Assembly (NCBI GenBank): GCA_965140585.1
Contig: OZ223269.1
Span: 160,001-224,000, forward strand
Origin: Spirochaetia bacterium
Lineage (GTDB): Bacteria; Spirochaetota; Spirochaetia; UBA9216
Direction: 5' to 3'
Length of the DNA: 64,000 nt
Positions 46,018 through 56,737 of the stretch are shown here, in pieces. The number at the start of each line of letters is the position of its first letter. The stretch's first letter is position 1. Under the pieces are notes generated by a model. The model saw only the letters and a list, made by a program, of their open reading frames with translations. It was not told the origin of the DNA and searched no databases. Both the position numbers and the translations under genes were made by a program.

Positions 46018-47743
46018 CATATTTAAATACGCAGTTTTATTGATTTTCTTCTTTGCCCCGGCTTCTCTTTTTGCACAGAATCTTTCATTAACTGCGGAAC
46101 TTGAAGAAACTGAAATATGGCTTGGTGATTCTGTCAGGCTTAATCTTTATCTGCAGGGAAGTGAAGAGCAGATTGCACCTGATTTGGCTATTCAGGGAAT
46201 TACTATTACCCCGCTTGGCGGAACTGTCAGAAGCAGCAGGTCCGTAACCAGCATTAACGGGAAGGTAACACAGAATGTAAAGCTTGCTTATGTTTATTCA
46301 TATAAGCTTACACCTGCAAAGATTGGAACTTTCACGATACCTTCTATCAAAATTAATGTAGAGGGCCAGATTCTTTCTTCAAATCAGGTATTCTTAACTG
46401 TCAAAGAACCTGAAAAATCCGATGATTTTGCCCTTCAGCTGGATGCTGACAGAGGTATAGTTTATCTCAATGAAGAGGTTTCTTTAAAAGTACATTTCCG
46501 TTATGAGTCGAGTCTGCGATCGCTTTCGATTAGAATCCCTGAACTCAATGAGATGGAATACCGGGTACTTGAGCCTGCCGGAAACAATGAAATGTATGAA
46601 CTCAATATTAATGACAGTCCGGTTGTCTTTGAACGGGATGACCGGGGGGACGTAGCCGGCCTAACCGCAGAACTGTTGATTCGCCCGAGGCAGACAGGGG
46701 CTATCAATTTTGATAATTCTACTGCAGCCTTTGAGGCTGTTACCGGATATCAGAATGTCCGTGACTTTTTCGGAAGAGTACAGAGGCAGGAAGTTTACGG
46801 GAAGTTTGTAATACAGGGAGATTCTGCAGTCCTGAATGTTCTTCCTTTTCCGGAAAATGGAAAACCGGTCGATTTTTTCGGATTATCAGGAGATATCAGG
46901 CTTAATCTAAGCGCAGAACCACTTTCTGTTCATCTTGGAGATCCTATAACTCTCAGTCTAACAGTAACCGGAATGAATAATACAGATATAGATATTCCTC
47001 CTCTGGCGGGTTACCTGGGCAGCGGCATTGATATACCTGACACAAGAGCGGCGGGGAAAACCGGAGAACGAAGCAGGACTATCACTCAGACGATAAGGAT
47101 TGATGATCCGGAACTTAAATATATACCTAAGATACGTTTCAGCTATTTTGATACTTATTCAGGTATATACCGATATGCGGAGACCGAGGCTCTGCCTCTG
47201 GACGTTCTTGAAACCAGAACAGTCACCGCCGGAGATCTTGAAGGTGATTCAGACAATATTGAAAACAGTAAGGTTGTAACTGATAAAAAGAAAGAGGGCA
47301 TTTACTATAATTACACGGGCGTTGAACTGCTTGAAAACAGCAATTCATTTTTATCAGAACGATCTTCAATAATTATTATCATTCTTCTGCTTTTAATTCC
47401 TCCGGCTGTTTTTACAGCTGTTTTGATAGTTACGGTTTTTGTGCCCCAGCTTAGGCAGAATGCTGTAAATAATCTTGACCGCAGAAAGGCTCTTAATAAA
47501 ATGAAAAAGGCTGCGAAAAAGATGGAAATAATGGAGCCGACATTATATCTGAAGAGTTTTATCAGGAATCTCGATTGTTTTCTAATGGATTATGGTGATT
47601 CTGATGATGAGCAGAATATTGCGGATGAATTAGCTGTTATTCAAGCTGCGCTTTACGGCGGCAGACAGATTACATCTACTGAAGCAGGGAATGCAGTGCT
47701 CTCTCTAATTGAAAAACTGGAAAGGGCAGGAGTGAAATCATGA
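45998..47743 (+). CDS. batD: BatD family protein
   Basis: Signal peptide, SING, P.KIGTFTIPS, LGDPITLSL, FSYFD...Y; C-terminal TM. Confidence 0.82.
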   Translation: MQIKTGNIFKYAVLLIFFFAPASLFAQNLSLTAELEETEIWLGDSVRLNLYLQGSEEQIAPDLAIQGITITPLGGTVRSSRSVTSINGKVTQNVKLAYVYSYKLTPAKIGTFTIPSIKINVEGQILSSNQVFLTVKEPEKSDDFALQLDADRGIVYLNEEVSLKVHFRYESSLRSLSIRIPELNEMEYRVLEPAGNNEMYELNINDSPVVFERDDRGDVAGLTAELLIRPRQTGAINFDNSTAAFEAVTGYQNVRDFFGRVQRQEVYGKFVIQGDSAVLNVLPFPENGKPVDFFGLSGDIRLNLSAEPLSVHLGDPITLSLTVTGMNNTDIDIPPLAGYLGSGIDIPDTRAAGKTGERSRTITQTIRIDDPELKYIPKIRFSYFDTYSGIYRYAETEALPLDVLETRTVTAGDLEGDSDNIENSKVVTDKKKEGIYYNYTGVELLENSNSFLSERSSIIIIILLLLIPPAVFTAVLIVTVFVPQLRQNAVNNLDRRKALNKMKKAAKKMEIMEPTLYLKSFIRNLDCFLMDYGDSDDEQNIADELAVIQAALYGGRQITSTEAGNAVLSLIEKLERAGVKS

Positions 47744-48552
47744 AAAAAACTATTAACCTGATATTTTATATACTTCTTTTCACTGCTGTGATTACAGGAA
47801 CTCTTTCTGCTTCTGAGCGTGTTGATACTCAGGTTCTCTTGGAAAGGGCTGAAACAGCCTTTGCTGATGGTAACTCTCTGAAAGAATCAGATCCGGAGCT
47901 TGCGAAAGAAAAATATTCAGAGGCAGTTTTGAACTATAACTCAATTACTGAGATGGGCATTAGAAATTCAGGAATTTACTATAATATCGGCAATACCTGG
48001 TTCAGACTCGGATTGATCGGGAAGGCTGTTCTCAATTATAGAAGGGCACTGCTGTTTTCTCCGACAGACAGCCAGATTCGTTCAAATCTGGAATATGCAA
48101 GAAGCCTGCAGAAAAACAAGTTCATTTCCGATAACGAAAATAAGCTGACTAAGGTGATATTTTTCTGGCATTTTAATCTGTCTCTCGTCGTAAAAATTAT
48201 TATCTTAATAATTGCTAACCTGACCATATGGCTGCTTTTGGGACTTAGACTTTTTGGACGAAGACTTCCTGCCCTTACTGCTGCCGCAGTATTTATATTT
48301 GTTGTATTCGGAATTTCAGCATATCTTGATTTTAAAGAAAGCAGAAAAAGTCACGGTGTTATTACTGTAGAGTCAACAGAAGGCCGTCTGGGTGACAGCC
48401 GGAGCTATGAATCGGTTTTTGATACGCCTCTCTACGAAGGCGCGGAATTCACAGTAGATCAGAAAAGGCCCGGCTGGATTCTTGCGCAATTTGGTAACGG
48501 CGAAAAGGCATGGATTGAAGAGAATACATGCGAACTTATTGAAGAGCTGTAA
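47740..48552 (+). CDS. batE: BatE-like TPR/SH3 protein
   Basis: YYNIGNTWFRLG..GKAVLNYRRA, TM pair, LYEGAEF...W...GEKAWI. Confidence 0.8.
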   Translation: MKKTINLIFYILLFTAVITGTLSASERVDTQVLLERAETAFADGNSLKESDPELAKEKYSEAVLNYNSITEMGIRNSGIYYNIGNTWFRLGLIGKAVLNYRRALLFSPTDSQIRSNLEYARSLQKNKFISDNENKLTKVIFFWHFNLSLVVKIIILIIANLTIWLLLGLRLFGRRLPALTAAAVFIFVVFGISAYLDFKESRKSHGVITVESTEGRLGDSRSYESVFDTPLYEGAEFTVDQKRPGWILAQFGNGEKAWIEENTCELIEEL

Positions 48553-48562
48553 TTCGGCTGAT

Positions 48563-48590
48563 AAAAAAAGCCGGCAGAAAAACTGCCGGC
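48563..48590 (-). terminator. Rho-independent terminator of the fab operon
   Basis: GCCGGCAG-aaaaa-CTGCCGGC preceded by an A7 run on + (U-run on -). Confidence 0.75.
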
Positions 48591-48633
48591 GATAAAATTT
48601 TCATATACTGCTTAAAAATATGCAGATACCTTC

Positions 48634-49809
48634 CTAAAGGTTGTCAACCTCTCTTGTGTAGTCAACACCAGGAACTTCAAATCCATGCATCTGCATGAAG
48701 TCTGAATGATATCCACTGATATCGCTTAAATCCTCAATATTATCATCGCTGACAATTTCCCAGCGGCGTTTTACTTCGTTCTGGATCTCAGCACGCATTT
48801 CAAGATCATCAATCCTGATTCTGCCTTCATTGTCAACAGCAATCGAACCATCGCTGCTGTAAAGGCGGTCACGGAAAAGTCGACCGGCCTGTTCAATACA
48901 GCCTTCATGAAGATTCTTCTCTTTCATTACTTTAAACAGAATGGCTATATACAGTGAAATAGCCGGAATAACAGCTGCAGCTCTGGTAACAAGAGCCTTA
49001 TTTACAGATGTCCATGCCCTGCCTCCGAGCTTCTCTGATAAAAGACTGTCGATAACTCCGGCGGTCTTTTCGAGATCCTTTTTAGCAAGTCCTATGGTTC
49101 CGTTTCTGTAAATAGGCTGGGTCATTTCAGGCCCTATATATGAAAAAGCTACGGTCTTTGCACCCTCCGAGAGAACATCTGCATCCAGGAGTGCATCAAT
49201 CCAAAGCTTCCAATCTTCTCCGCCCATCACTTTAACAGTGCTAGAGGCTTCATCGGCATTTGCCGGTTCAATTTCCATCGAGGTGATACGGCCGCTCATA
49301 GTATCAAGTGCACGAGATCGGTAAGTCTCGGTTAGAGGTTTCAGTGCGGAACGGTACATCACTCCGTCGGCAGGATCAACCCTGACACCCGAAGCAAGGC
49401 TGTAAATAACAAGGTCCACCTTTCCCGGCCCCTGTTTAATTGCGTCAATGGTGGTCTGTTTGAGTTCATCTGAAAAAGCGTCGCCGTTTATGCTTACCGA
49501 AAAGAGACTCTCTTTTGAGGCTTCCTCATCAAAGCTTCTCATATTGTAGTACCCCGGGGTTCCGGGCCGTGTTTCGGTTCCTTCCTTTTCAAAGAAGACA
49601 CCGACAGTACCGGCTCCATACCCGAAAGCTGCTGCAATACGGCAGGCCAGACCGTAGCCTGTCGAAGAGCCGATTACCAGTACGTTTGACGGACCTTTTT
49701 CGAGATTAAGACTCTTAATGTATTCTATCTGGCGCCTTACCTCAGCGGCGCATCCATCCGGATGCGCGGTGAGGCAGACATTGTTTCTGATTCTGGGTGT
49801 AATAATCAA
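48634..49809 (-). CDS. fabV: Enoyl-ACP/trans-2-enoyl-CoA reductase FabV
   Basis: AHPDGC, GSSTGYG, GDAFS, YSLAS, VMGGEDW, SYIGP, GTIG.AK, HEGCIEQ. Confidence 0.94.
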   Translation of the reverse strand: MIITPRIRNNVCLTAHPDGCAAEVRRQIEYIKSLNLEKGPSNVLVIGSSTGYGLACRIAAAFGYGAGTVGVFFEKEGTETRPGTPGYYNMRSFDEEASKESLFSVSINGDAFSDELKQTTIDAIKQGPGKVDLVIYSLASGVRVDPADGVMYRSALKPLTETYRSRALDTMSGRITSMEIEPANADEASSTVKVMGGEDWKLWIDALLDADVLSEGAKTVAFSYIGPEMTQPIYRNGTIGLAKKDLEKTAGVIDSLLSEKLGGRAWTSVNKALVTRAAAVIPAISLYIAILFKVMKEKNLHEGCIEQAGRLFRDRLYSSDGSIAVDNEGRIRIDDLEMRAEIQNEVKRRWEIVSDDNIEDLSDISGYHSDFMQMHGFEVPGVDYTREVDNL

Positions 49810-49822
49810 TGCTTCTCAGTCC

Positions 49823-50254
49823 CTATAAATTATCAGCACTTCCAACAAGGCACATCCATGATGCTTCAGCTGCAAGCTCATCGCCTACATAGGCCTTGCC
49901 TGACTGCTTGATCATTGCGCCGGAAATTCTGACGTTCTCGATTTCAAGTCTTACCGTTTCGTTTGGTCTGACCTGTCTTCGGAATTTTGTTTTATCTACG
50001 GTGGCCAGAAAGAAGAGTTTGCCTTCTCCAAGCTGACCTGATTTACCCACTCCGGCACCGCCGGCCTGAGCCATGGTTTCCACAAGGATAACCCCCGGTA
50101 CTACAGCGTACTGGGGGAAGTGTCCCTTGAAGAAAAATTCTTTATCTGTAAAAGTCCTGTACCCGATGATCTTTCCATCTTCTGTGATATCTACTGAATC
50201 AACAAAAAGGAAGGGATCACGGTGCGGAAGCAGTTTTTCAATTTCTGCAGACAT
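49823..50254 (-). CDS. fabZ: 3-hydroxyacyl-ACP dehydratase
   Basis: LPHRDPFLFVD, FFKGHFP, PGVILVETMAQ. Confidence 0.93.
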   Translation of the reverse strand: MSAEIEKLLPHRDPFLFVDSVDITEDGKIIGYRTFTDKEFFFKGHFPQYAVVPGVILVETMAQAGGAGVGKSGQLGEGKLFFLATVDKTKFRRQVRPNETVRLEIENVRISGAMIKQSGKAYVGDELAAEASWMCLVGSADNL

Positions 50255-50265
50255 TGCAACTCCTG

Positions 50266-51510
50266 TTATTCTGAATACTTCTTAAGTATAATTATAGCGT
50301 TATGTCCGCCGAATCCAAGCGAATTGGACATTACTGCGTTAATATTTCCCTTAACGCCCTTATTCGGAACATAATCCAGGTCACAGGCAGGGTCCGGCTC
50401 ATCAAGGTTGATAGTAGCAGGGTAAAATCCCTCGGTAATTGCCTTAACTCCAATGATAGCTTCAACTGCACCGGCAGCACCAATCATATGTCCTGTCATT
50501 CCCTTTGTCGATGAAACCTTCACCTTCTTGGCATGATCACCGAATGCTGTCTTGATAGCAAGAGTTTCGATCGGATCGTTGGTAGGAGTTGAAGTTCCGT
50601 GAGCATTGATGTAGTCAATGTCCTCGGGCTTCATTCCAGCATCTTTCAATGCAATCTTCATAGCCTTGATAGCGCCTGTTCCTTCTGAATCCGGTGCTGT
50701 AAGGTGATATGCGTCACATGTATTGCCGTATCCGACAAGCTCTGCATAGATTTTTGCACCGCGCGCCTTAGCATGCTCAAGTTCTTCAAGAATGAGGACA
50801 CCTGCGCCTTCTGCAAGTACGAATCCGTCTCTGTCGTTGTCGAAAGGTCGGCTTGCTTTCTGCGGATCATCGTTTCTCTTTGTACTTAAAGCACCGATTA
50901 CGTTGAATCCGGAAACACCAAGCTGAGTGATGCTGGCTTCTGAACCGCCTGCTACAACAATATCAGCCCTGTCAGCCTGAATGGTCATATAAGCATTACC
51001 GATAGCGTCGGTACCAGATGCACATGCCGTAGTTACAACCCAGCATGGGCCTTTAAGTCCGTATGTAATTGCTATGTTGCCGGGAACTTCATTGCTGATG
51101 AGCTTGGGAATGGTCATTGGAGGTGTTCTTCCCGGACCCTTTTCAAAAATTGCTTTGTGTCCGGCTTCTGTAACCTCGAAACCTCCGATACCGTTACCTA
51201 TAATGGTACCTGTTCTGTCCGGATCAAATTTGCCTTCAGTAAGACCTGCATCTCTAAGAGCCTCTCCTGCAGCTGCAACGGCAAACTGGGTACAGAGTGC
51301 CATCTTTCTGGCATCCTTGCTGTCCATGAAATCTCCGGCTTTAAAATCTTTTACTTCACCGGCTATCTTTGTTGCAAACTCGGTTGCATCGATTCTTGTA
51401 AGCGGACCGATTCCGCACTTTTCATGTGTTATTCCATCCCATAATTCAGCTACGTTATGGCCTAAGGGGTTTACTGTTCCAAGTCCTGTAATTACTACTC
51501 TTCGTGACAT
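50266..51510 (-). CDS. fabF: Beta-ketoacyl-ACP synthase II
   Basis: TACASG, DAYHLTAP, NAHGTST, GHMIGAAG, GFGGHN. Confidence 0.95.
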   Translation of the reverse strand: MSRRVVITGLGTVNPLGHNVAELWDGITHEKCGIGPLTRIDATEFATKIAGEVKDFKAGDFMDSKDARKMALCTQFAVAAAGEALRDAGLTEGKFDPDRTGTIIGNGIGGFEVTEAGHKAIFEKGPGRTPPMTIPKLISNEVPGNIAITYGLKGPCWVVTTACASGTDAIGNAYMTIQADRADIVVAGGSEASITQLGVSGFNVIGALSTKRNDDPQKASRPFDNDRDGFVLAEGAGVLILEELEHAKARGAKIYAELVGYGNTCDAYHLTAPDSEGTGAIKAMKIALKDAGMKPEDIDYINAHGTSTPTNDPIETLAIKTAFGDHAKKVKVSSTKGMTGHMIGAAGAVEAIIGVKAITEGFYPATINLDEPDPACDLDYVPNKGVKGNINAVMSNSLGFGGHNAIIILKKYSE

Positions 51511-51531
51511 AATTATTCTCCTTAATGTGGA

Positions 51532-52275
51532 TTACATTCCCATTCCGCCGTCAATTCCGAGAACCTGACCTGTGATATAGGTGGACATCTCGGAGGCGAG
51601 AAAAACAACAACTGATGCGACTTCTTCGGGATCACCGATTCGGCCGAACGGAATCTTCTTCATAAACTCTTCTTTAGCAGCTTCAGGAATTGCTTCAGTC
51701 ATATCTGATTTAATGAATCCCGGAGCGATGGCGTTTACTCTTACGCCTCTGCCTGCAATTTCGCGTGCAAGACTTTTGGTAAATCCGATAATACCTGCCT
51801 TTGATGCTGCATAGTTTGTCTGACCGCCGTTGCCGATTACTCCGACTACGGATGATACGTTGATTATTGACCCGGATCGTTTCTTGGCCATAGCACGGCC
51901 GAAAGACTTACTGAGGTAGAAACAGCTTGAAAGGTTTGTTGCCAGAACATCATTCCAGGCTTCATCTTTCATCATGAAAACAAGACCATCTTTAGTGATG
52001 CCTGCATTATTCACAAGAATATCAATCTGTTCGGCTTCTTTTAGAATTTCTGCTGAAACGGCAGCCATTTCCGCAGAGTCGGAAACAGAACCCTTTTTCC
52101 AGGCTACGCTGACTCCGTTTTCTTCTGCGAGTTTCTGAAGTTCATCTGCCTGAGCACATTCACTTCTGCTGATGTACCATACTGAAGCGCCTTCCTTGAG
52201 GAATGCTTCAACTATAGTCTTACCGATGCCCTTTGAGCCTCCGGTTACAACTGCTTTTTTACCCTTTAATAACAT
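51532..52275 (-). CDS. fabG: 3-oxoacyl-ACP reductase
   Basis: TGGSKGIG, NNAGITKD, GQTNYAASKAG; within fab operon. Confidence 0.93.
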   Translation of the reverse strand: MLLKGKKAVVTGGSKGIGKTIVEAFLKEGASVWYISRSECAQADELQKLAEENGVSVAWKKGSVSDSAEMAAVSAEILKEAEQIDILVNNAGITKDGLVFMMKDEAWNDVLATNLSSCFYLSKSFGRAMAKKRSGSIINVSSVVGVIGNGGQTNYAASKAGIIGFTKSLAREIAGRGVRVNAIAPGFIKSDMTEAIPEAAKEEFMKKIPFGRIGDPEEVASVVVFLASEMSTYITGQVLGIDGGMGM

Positions 52276-52288
52276 ATATACTCCTGAT

Positions 52289-53215
52289 TTAACCTTTAAT
52301 TTCTTCTATCTGTTCAACAGTGCCGCATGGGATGGCGGGAATTTCTGTTGCTATGTTCTTCCATAAACCGCAGAGGATTTTTCCCGGACCTGTTTCCAGA
52401 CATCTCTCATATCCGTCTGCTGCAATATTATTCTCTTCATCGACCCATAAAACAGAAGAAACAATCTGTTTTACTGCCAGATCCTTTGCTTCAGCACCGT
52501 CATTAACAATCCTTCCGGTAACATTGGAATATATTGCTTTTACCGGGTCTTTAAAATCAAGACCGTTGAGGTATTCGCTGAACTTGTCACGGGCTTCATT
52601 AAGAAGAGGTGAGTGACAGGGGGCAGAAACTTTAAGCCTTAATACTCTTCTGGCTCCCGCTTCCTTTAAAATACTCTCAGCATCTGCAAGACCATTCTGG
52701 GTTCCTGAAATTACTATTTGCTTGTCGGCATTCCAGTTGGCCATATATACACCTTCAAGACTTTCAATGGCGGCATTAACCTGAGTAAGATCAAGTCCGA
52801 TTACTGCTGCCATGCTTGAGTCCGCACCTTCTCCGGAAGCATTCTCACCGGCCTCATGCATGTATTTCCCGCGAAGAGCTACAGCCTTCATTACCTCAAG
52901 ATCGGAAAGGATTCCGGCATCGGCATATGCTGCCCATTCTCCGAGACTATGTCCCGCACATCCGTCAGATTCGAGTCCCAGCTCTTTCAGTGTATTTTTT
53001 ACAGCCAGATTAACAAGTGTAACTGCGGGCTGTGTATTATCAGTTCGTCCAAGTGTCTGTACATCACCTTCAAACAGAAGTTTTTCACAATCAAGTCCGG
53101 TAATATCAGAAGCCGCTGTAAAAAGCTCTTTTACTCCGGAATGTTTTTCCCAGAGATCCTTTCCCATTTCCGGGTACTGAGCACCCTGGCCCGGATAAAG
53201 AAAACAAGTTTTCAT
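52289..53215 (-). CDS. fabD: Malonyl-CoA:ACP transacylase
   Basis: PGQGAQ, TQPA, GHSLGE, VSAPCHS. Confidence 0.94.
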   Translation of the reverse strand: MKTCFLYPGQGAQYPEMGKDLWEKHSGVKELFTAASDITGLDCEKLLFEGDVQTLGRTDNTQPAVTLVNLAVKNTLKELGLESDGCAGHSLGEWAAYADAGILSDLEVMKAVALRGKYMHEAGENASGEGADSSMAAVIGLDLTQVNAAIESLEGVYMANWNADKQIVISGTQNGLADAESILKEAGARRVLRLKVSAPCHSPLLNEARDKFSEYLNGLDFKDPVKAIYSNVTGRIVNDGAEAKDLAVKQIVSSVLWVDEENNIAADGYERCLETGPGKILCGLWKNIATEIPAIPCGTVEQIEEIKG

Positions 53216-53268
53216 AATATCTCCCTGAATTCGAATTAGTTATGGATAAATTAATATCATACTTGCTG

Positions 53269-53325
53269 TTATCGGTCAACGGCCGATAAAGTGATTTAAG
53301 TAAAATATCGGTCATTGGCCGAAAA
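53269..53325. promoter_or_regulatory. Two palindromic operator boxes (TATCGG-N7-CCGAWA) upstream of fabD
   Basis: TTATCGGTCAACGGCCGATAA (53269-53289) and ATATCGGTCATTGGCCGAAAA (53305-53325); third copy upstream of fabH. Confidence 0.7.
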
Positions 53326-53401
53326 AAAACTGTTAAATACCATCCCTCTATGTTAAACTTCGTTCTTAGACCAAAATAAAACAATATAAGCAGAGGGAAT
53401 T

Positions 53402-53974
53402 ATGGTTTATAACGAAAAATTAGGTGAAAAAATAAGGATGTTTCGAGAGAAACATTCAATTACAACTGATGAGCTTGCCGCAAGGGCGGGTATAGATGCA
53501 GGACTCATCGAAAAAATAGAAAAGGGTGAACTGGTACCTTATTTAAGTCCGCTCATTAAACTTTCAAGGGCTCTCGGGGTTCGTCTTGGGACTTTTCTTG
53601 ATGATCAGGCTTCTGAGGGCCCGGTTGTCAGTAAAGCCGGTGACATGGCGGAATCCAAAAGAGTCCGTGGTGTTGATAACGATACTGATGCCGACCGGAC
53701 ATTTTATTCTCTTGCGGTAAATAAGGCTTCAAGGCATATGGAGCCGCTTATTGTTGAACTTACTTATTCTGAAGGCGAGAAAACTCCGCTTTCATCACAT
53801 GAAGGCGAAGAATTTGTTTACGTCCTTGAGGGAGAAATTGAAGTTATATATGGAAAGGAAACGCATCTGCTGGGAAAAGGTGAAAGCATTTATTATGATT
53901 CAGTAGTTGAACATGATGTACGTGCCGCAGGCGGCAATGCAAAGATTCTTGCTGTCATTCACGAACCATCCTGA
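53402..53974 (+). CDS. XRE-family HTH plus cupin regulator
   Basis: [39 protein letters not shown]. Confidence 0.9.
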   Translation: MVYNEKLGEKIRMFREKHSITTDELAARAGIDAGLIEKIEKGELVPYLSPLIKLSRALGVRLGTFLDDQASEGPVVSKAGDMAESKRVRGVDNDTDADRTFYSLAVNKASRHMEPLIVELTYSEGEKTPLSSHEGEEFVYVLEGEIEVIYGKETHLLGKGESIYYDSVVEHDVRAAGGNAKILAVIHEPS

Positions 53975-53988
53975 TATCCGGAGATTGT

Positions 53989-55632
53989 ATGAAACTAATA
54001 AATAAAACAATAGGACAGGTATTCGAGGAGCAGGTTGCAGCTTTTCCTGATAAGGATTTCATGGTCTATTCAGATCGGAATCTTCGTTTTACGTATTCAC
54101 AGTTTGACCAGCGTATAAACAGACTGGCTCTGGGCCTGATGAAAATCGGAATTACAAAGGGTTCTCATGTAGGTATATGGGCAACCAATGTCCCTGACTG
54201 GCTTACCTTCTTTTTTGCAACAGCCAAGATTGGCGCAGTGCTTGTTACCGTAAATACCGAGTACAAGGAACATGAGCTTGCCTACCTTGTTGAACAGGCT
54301 GATCTTGATATGCTTTGTATAATAGACAGTCACAAGGATAGCGACTATGTCCAGATGGTATACAGTCTTGTTCCTGAGCTGAAAACCTCTCAGAGGGGCA
54401 CTCTCAAATCAGAGAAATTTCCCTTTCTTAAAAACGTTGTTTTTATAGGTCAGCAGAAACACCGCGGAATGTACAATACTGAAGAACTGCTTCTTCTGGG
54501 GGCTCATGAGGATGATACCGAACTCAGGGAACTCTTTGACAGCTGTGATACTCATGATGTTATAAACATGCAGTATACTTCCGGTACAACTGGCTTTCCA
54601 AAGGGTGTCATGCTTACCCATCATAATATTCTTAACAACGGGTTTTATATCGGTGAGTGTCAGAAGTTTACCGACAGGGATATTCTCTGCCTTGCTCCTC
54701 CGCTGTTTCACTGTTTCGGTATTGTTCTCGGCGTTATGGCTATAATAACTCATGGAGCCGGTCTTGTAATGATTGAAAAATTCGATCCTCTGGTCACGCT
54801 TGCTTCTGTCCAGAAAGAAAAGTGTACAGCGCTTTACGGCGTTCCTACCATGTTCATTGCCGAGCTCAATCACCCGATGTTCGACATGTTCGATCTCAGC
54901 AGTCTGCGAACCGGAATAATGGCCGGTTCACCATGTCCGATGGAGACCATGAAGCAGGTCGTTGAAAAGATGAATATGAGCGAGGTTACCATAGCCTACG
55001 GGCTTACCGAGGGGTCTCCGGTAATGACCCAGACGAGAACCGACGATCCTCTTGAAAAGAGGGTTGCTACTGTCGGGCAGGAACTTCCGGGAATTGAAGT
55101 AAAGGTTTTTGACCCTGAAACCGGTGAGGAATGTCCGGTGGAAGTTCAGGGTGAACTTTGCTGCCGCGGTTACAACATTATGAAGGGATATTACAAGATG
55201 CCAGAAGCCACTGCGGCCTGTATCGACAAAGACGGCTGGCTTCACTCAGGCGACCTCGGAATAAAGGACGAGGACGGCTTTTTCAGGGTAACCGGCCGAA
55301 TCAAGGACATGATTATCAGGGGAGGTGAGAATATCTACCCCAGAGAGATTGAAGAATTCCTGTATGGTATGCCTGAAATAAAGGATGTACAGGTTGCCGG
55401 CGTACCTGATGAAAAATACGGAGAGCAGGTAGGTGCTTTTATTATTCTGCATGATGGTAAGAAGATAAAGGAAGAAGATGTTCGTGATTTCTGCCGCGGG
55501 CAGATTGCAAGGCATAAAATCCCTAAATATGTATTTTTTGTTGATTCATATCCGCTGACTGCAAGCGGAAAGATTCAGAAGTACAAGATGGGTGAAATGG
55601 CTGTTGAAATGGTAAAAGAGGGACGGGGCTGA
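53989..55632 (+). CDS. AMP-dependent acyl-CoA synthetase
   Basis: [51 protein letters not shown]. Confidence 0.92.
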   Translation: MKLINKTIGQVFEEQVAAFPDKDFMVYSDRNLRFTYSQFDQRINRLALGLMKIGITKGSHVGIWATNVPDWLTFFFATAKIGAVLVTVNTEYKEHELAYLVEQADLDMLCIIDSHKDSDYVQMVYSLVPELKTSQRGTLKSEKFPFLKNVVFIGQQKHRGMYNTEELLLLGAHEDDTELRELFDSCDTHDVINMQYTSGTTGFPKGVMLTHHNILNNGFYIGECQKFTDRDILCLAPPLFHCFGIVLGVMAIITHGAGLVMIEKFDPLVTLASVQKEKCTALYGVPTMFIAELNHPMFDMFDLSSLRTGIMAGSPCPMETMKQVVEKMNMSEVTIAYGLTEGSPVMTQTRTDDPLEKRVATVGQELPGIEVKVFDPETGEECPVEVQGELCCRGYNIMKGYYKMPEATAACIDKDGWLHSGDLGIKDEDGFFRVTGRIKDMIIRGGENIYPREIEEFLYGMPEIKDVQVAGVPDEKYGEQVGAFIILHDGKKIKEEDVRDFCRGQIARHKIPKYVFFVDSYPLTASGKIQKYKMGEMAVEMVKEGRG

Positions 55633-55665
55633 TGTCCTGAGCCCGGTTAAGTATACTTACAACTG

Positions 55666-55707
55666 AAAAAAAAGGGAGCCGTACTCATACCGGCTCCCTT
55701 TTTTTTT
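55666..55707. terminator. Bidirectional rho-independent terminator
   Basis: A8-GGGAGCCG-loop-CGGCTCCC-T9 between convergent genes. Confidence 0.88.
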
Positions 55708-55723
55708 GTCCATATTTGTCTTT

Positions 55724-56710
55724 TTACCAGCGAATCAGATTCCCGCCGTAGGTAAGGCCGGCACCGAATCCTGTAGTAATTATAAGGTCACCCTTCTTGA
55801 GCTGTCCTTTTGCAAGCATATCATTAAGTGCGATTGGTATAGAGGCTGCTGAAGTGTTGGCATATTCTTCGATGTTGATGAAGAATTTTTCCTCAGGAAG
55901 TTCAAGTCTCTTCGCAGCAGCCTGTATAATTCTTATATTTGCCTGATGCGGGACAATTCTGCTGACATCGTCTACAGAAAGATTATTATTTTTAAGAAGT
56001 GAATTAATTATCGTCTCATTGACCTTAACAGCAAAGCCGTAAACCCTTCGGCCGTTCATGCTGACATAGAGATCTTCCTCTTCATACTCGCCGATATGAA
56101 AGGGATGCTTGGCTCCGCCGGCCTTCCTCATTAGGTGTTCAAAACCGTCGCCTTCTGCACCCAGAAATGAATCAATGATTCCGCTGCCGTTATCATCTTC
56201 ACTCAGTCCAAGAACTGCAGCTCCTGCTCCGTCGCCGAATAGTACGCATGTATTACGGTCTTTCCAGTTTACAATTCTTGAAAGTGATTCAACGCCGATA
56301 ACCAGAACTCTTTTGGCCCCTCCTGCAAGCAGCAGACTGCGCCCCATTTCAAGTCCGTAAACAAAACCGGTACATCCTGCGCCAATATCCACAGCAGCAG
56401 TATTTCTGATTCCTAGTTTGTGTTGCACAACACAGGCCGTAGAAGGAAATCCTGCATAATCACCTGATGCTGTTGCAAGTATTATAAAATCTATATCCTG
56501 TACATCTATTCCTGCACGTTCAATTGCTATCTTTGCAGCCTTTACAGCTGTATCAGAGGTTGTTTCATCATCTGCAATGATATGTCTTTTACCTATTCCG
56601 GTGTGTGATCTAATCCATTCGTCAGTGGTATCGACGGTCTTAGAAAGTTCTTCGTTGGTAATTGCTTTTTCGGGTGCATAAGCACCTAAGCCAAGAATTT
56701 CCGCAATCAT
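55724..56710 (-). CDS. fabH: Beta-ketoacyl-ACP synthase III
   Basis: AGCTGF, FGDGAGA, PHQAN, NTSAAS, GFGAGLT. Confidence 0.95.
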   Translation of the reverse strand: MIAEILGLGAYAPEKAITNEELSKTVDTTDEWIRSHTGIGKRHIIADDETTSDTAVKAAKIAIERAGIDVQDIDFIILATASGDYAGFPSTACVVQHKLGIRNTAAVDIGAGCTGFVYGLEMGRSLLLAGGAKRVLVIGVESLSRIVNWKDRNTCVLFGDGAGAAVLGLSEDDNGSGIIDSFLGAEGDGFEHLMRKAGGAKHPFHIGEYEEEDLYVSMNGRRVYGFAVKVNETIINSLLKNNNLSVDDVSRIVPHQANIRIIQAAAKRLELPEEKFFINIEEYANTSAASIPIALNDMLAKGQLKKGDLIITTGFGAGLTYGGNLIRW

Positions 56711-56737
56711 AGTGTCCTCCTCGAGTGCGTTAAATCA

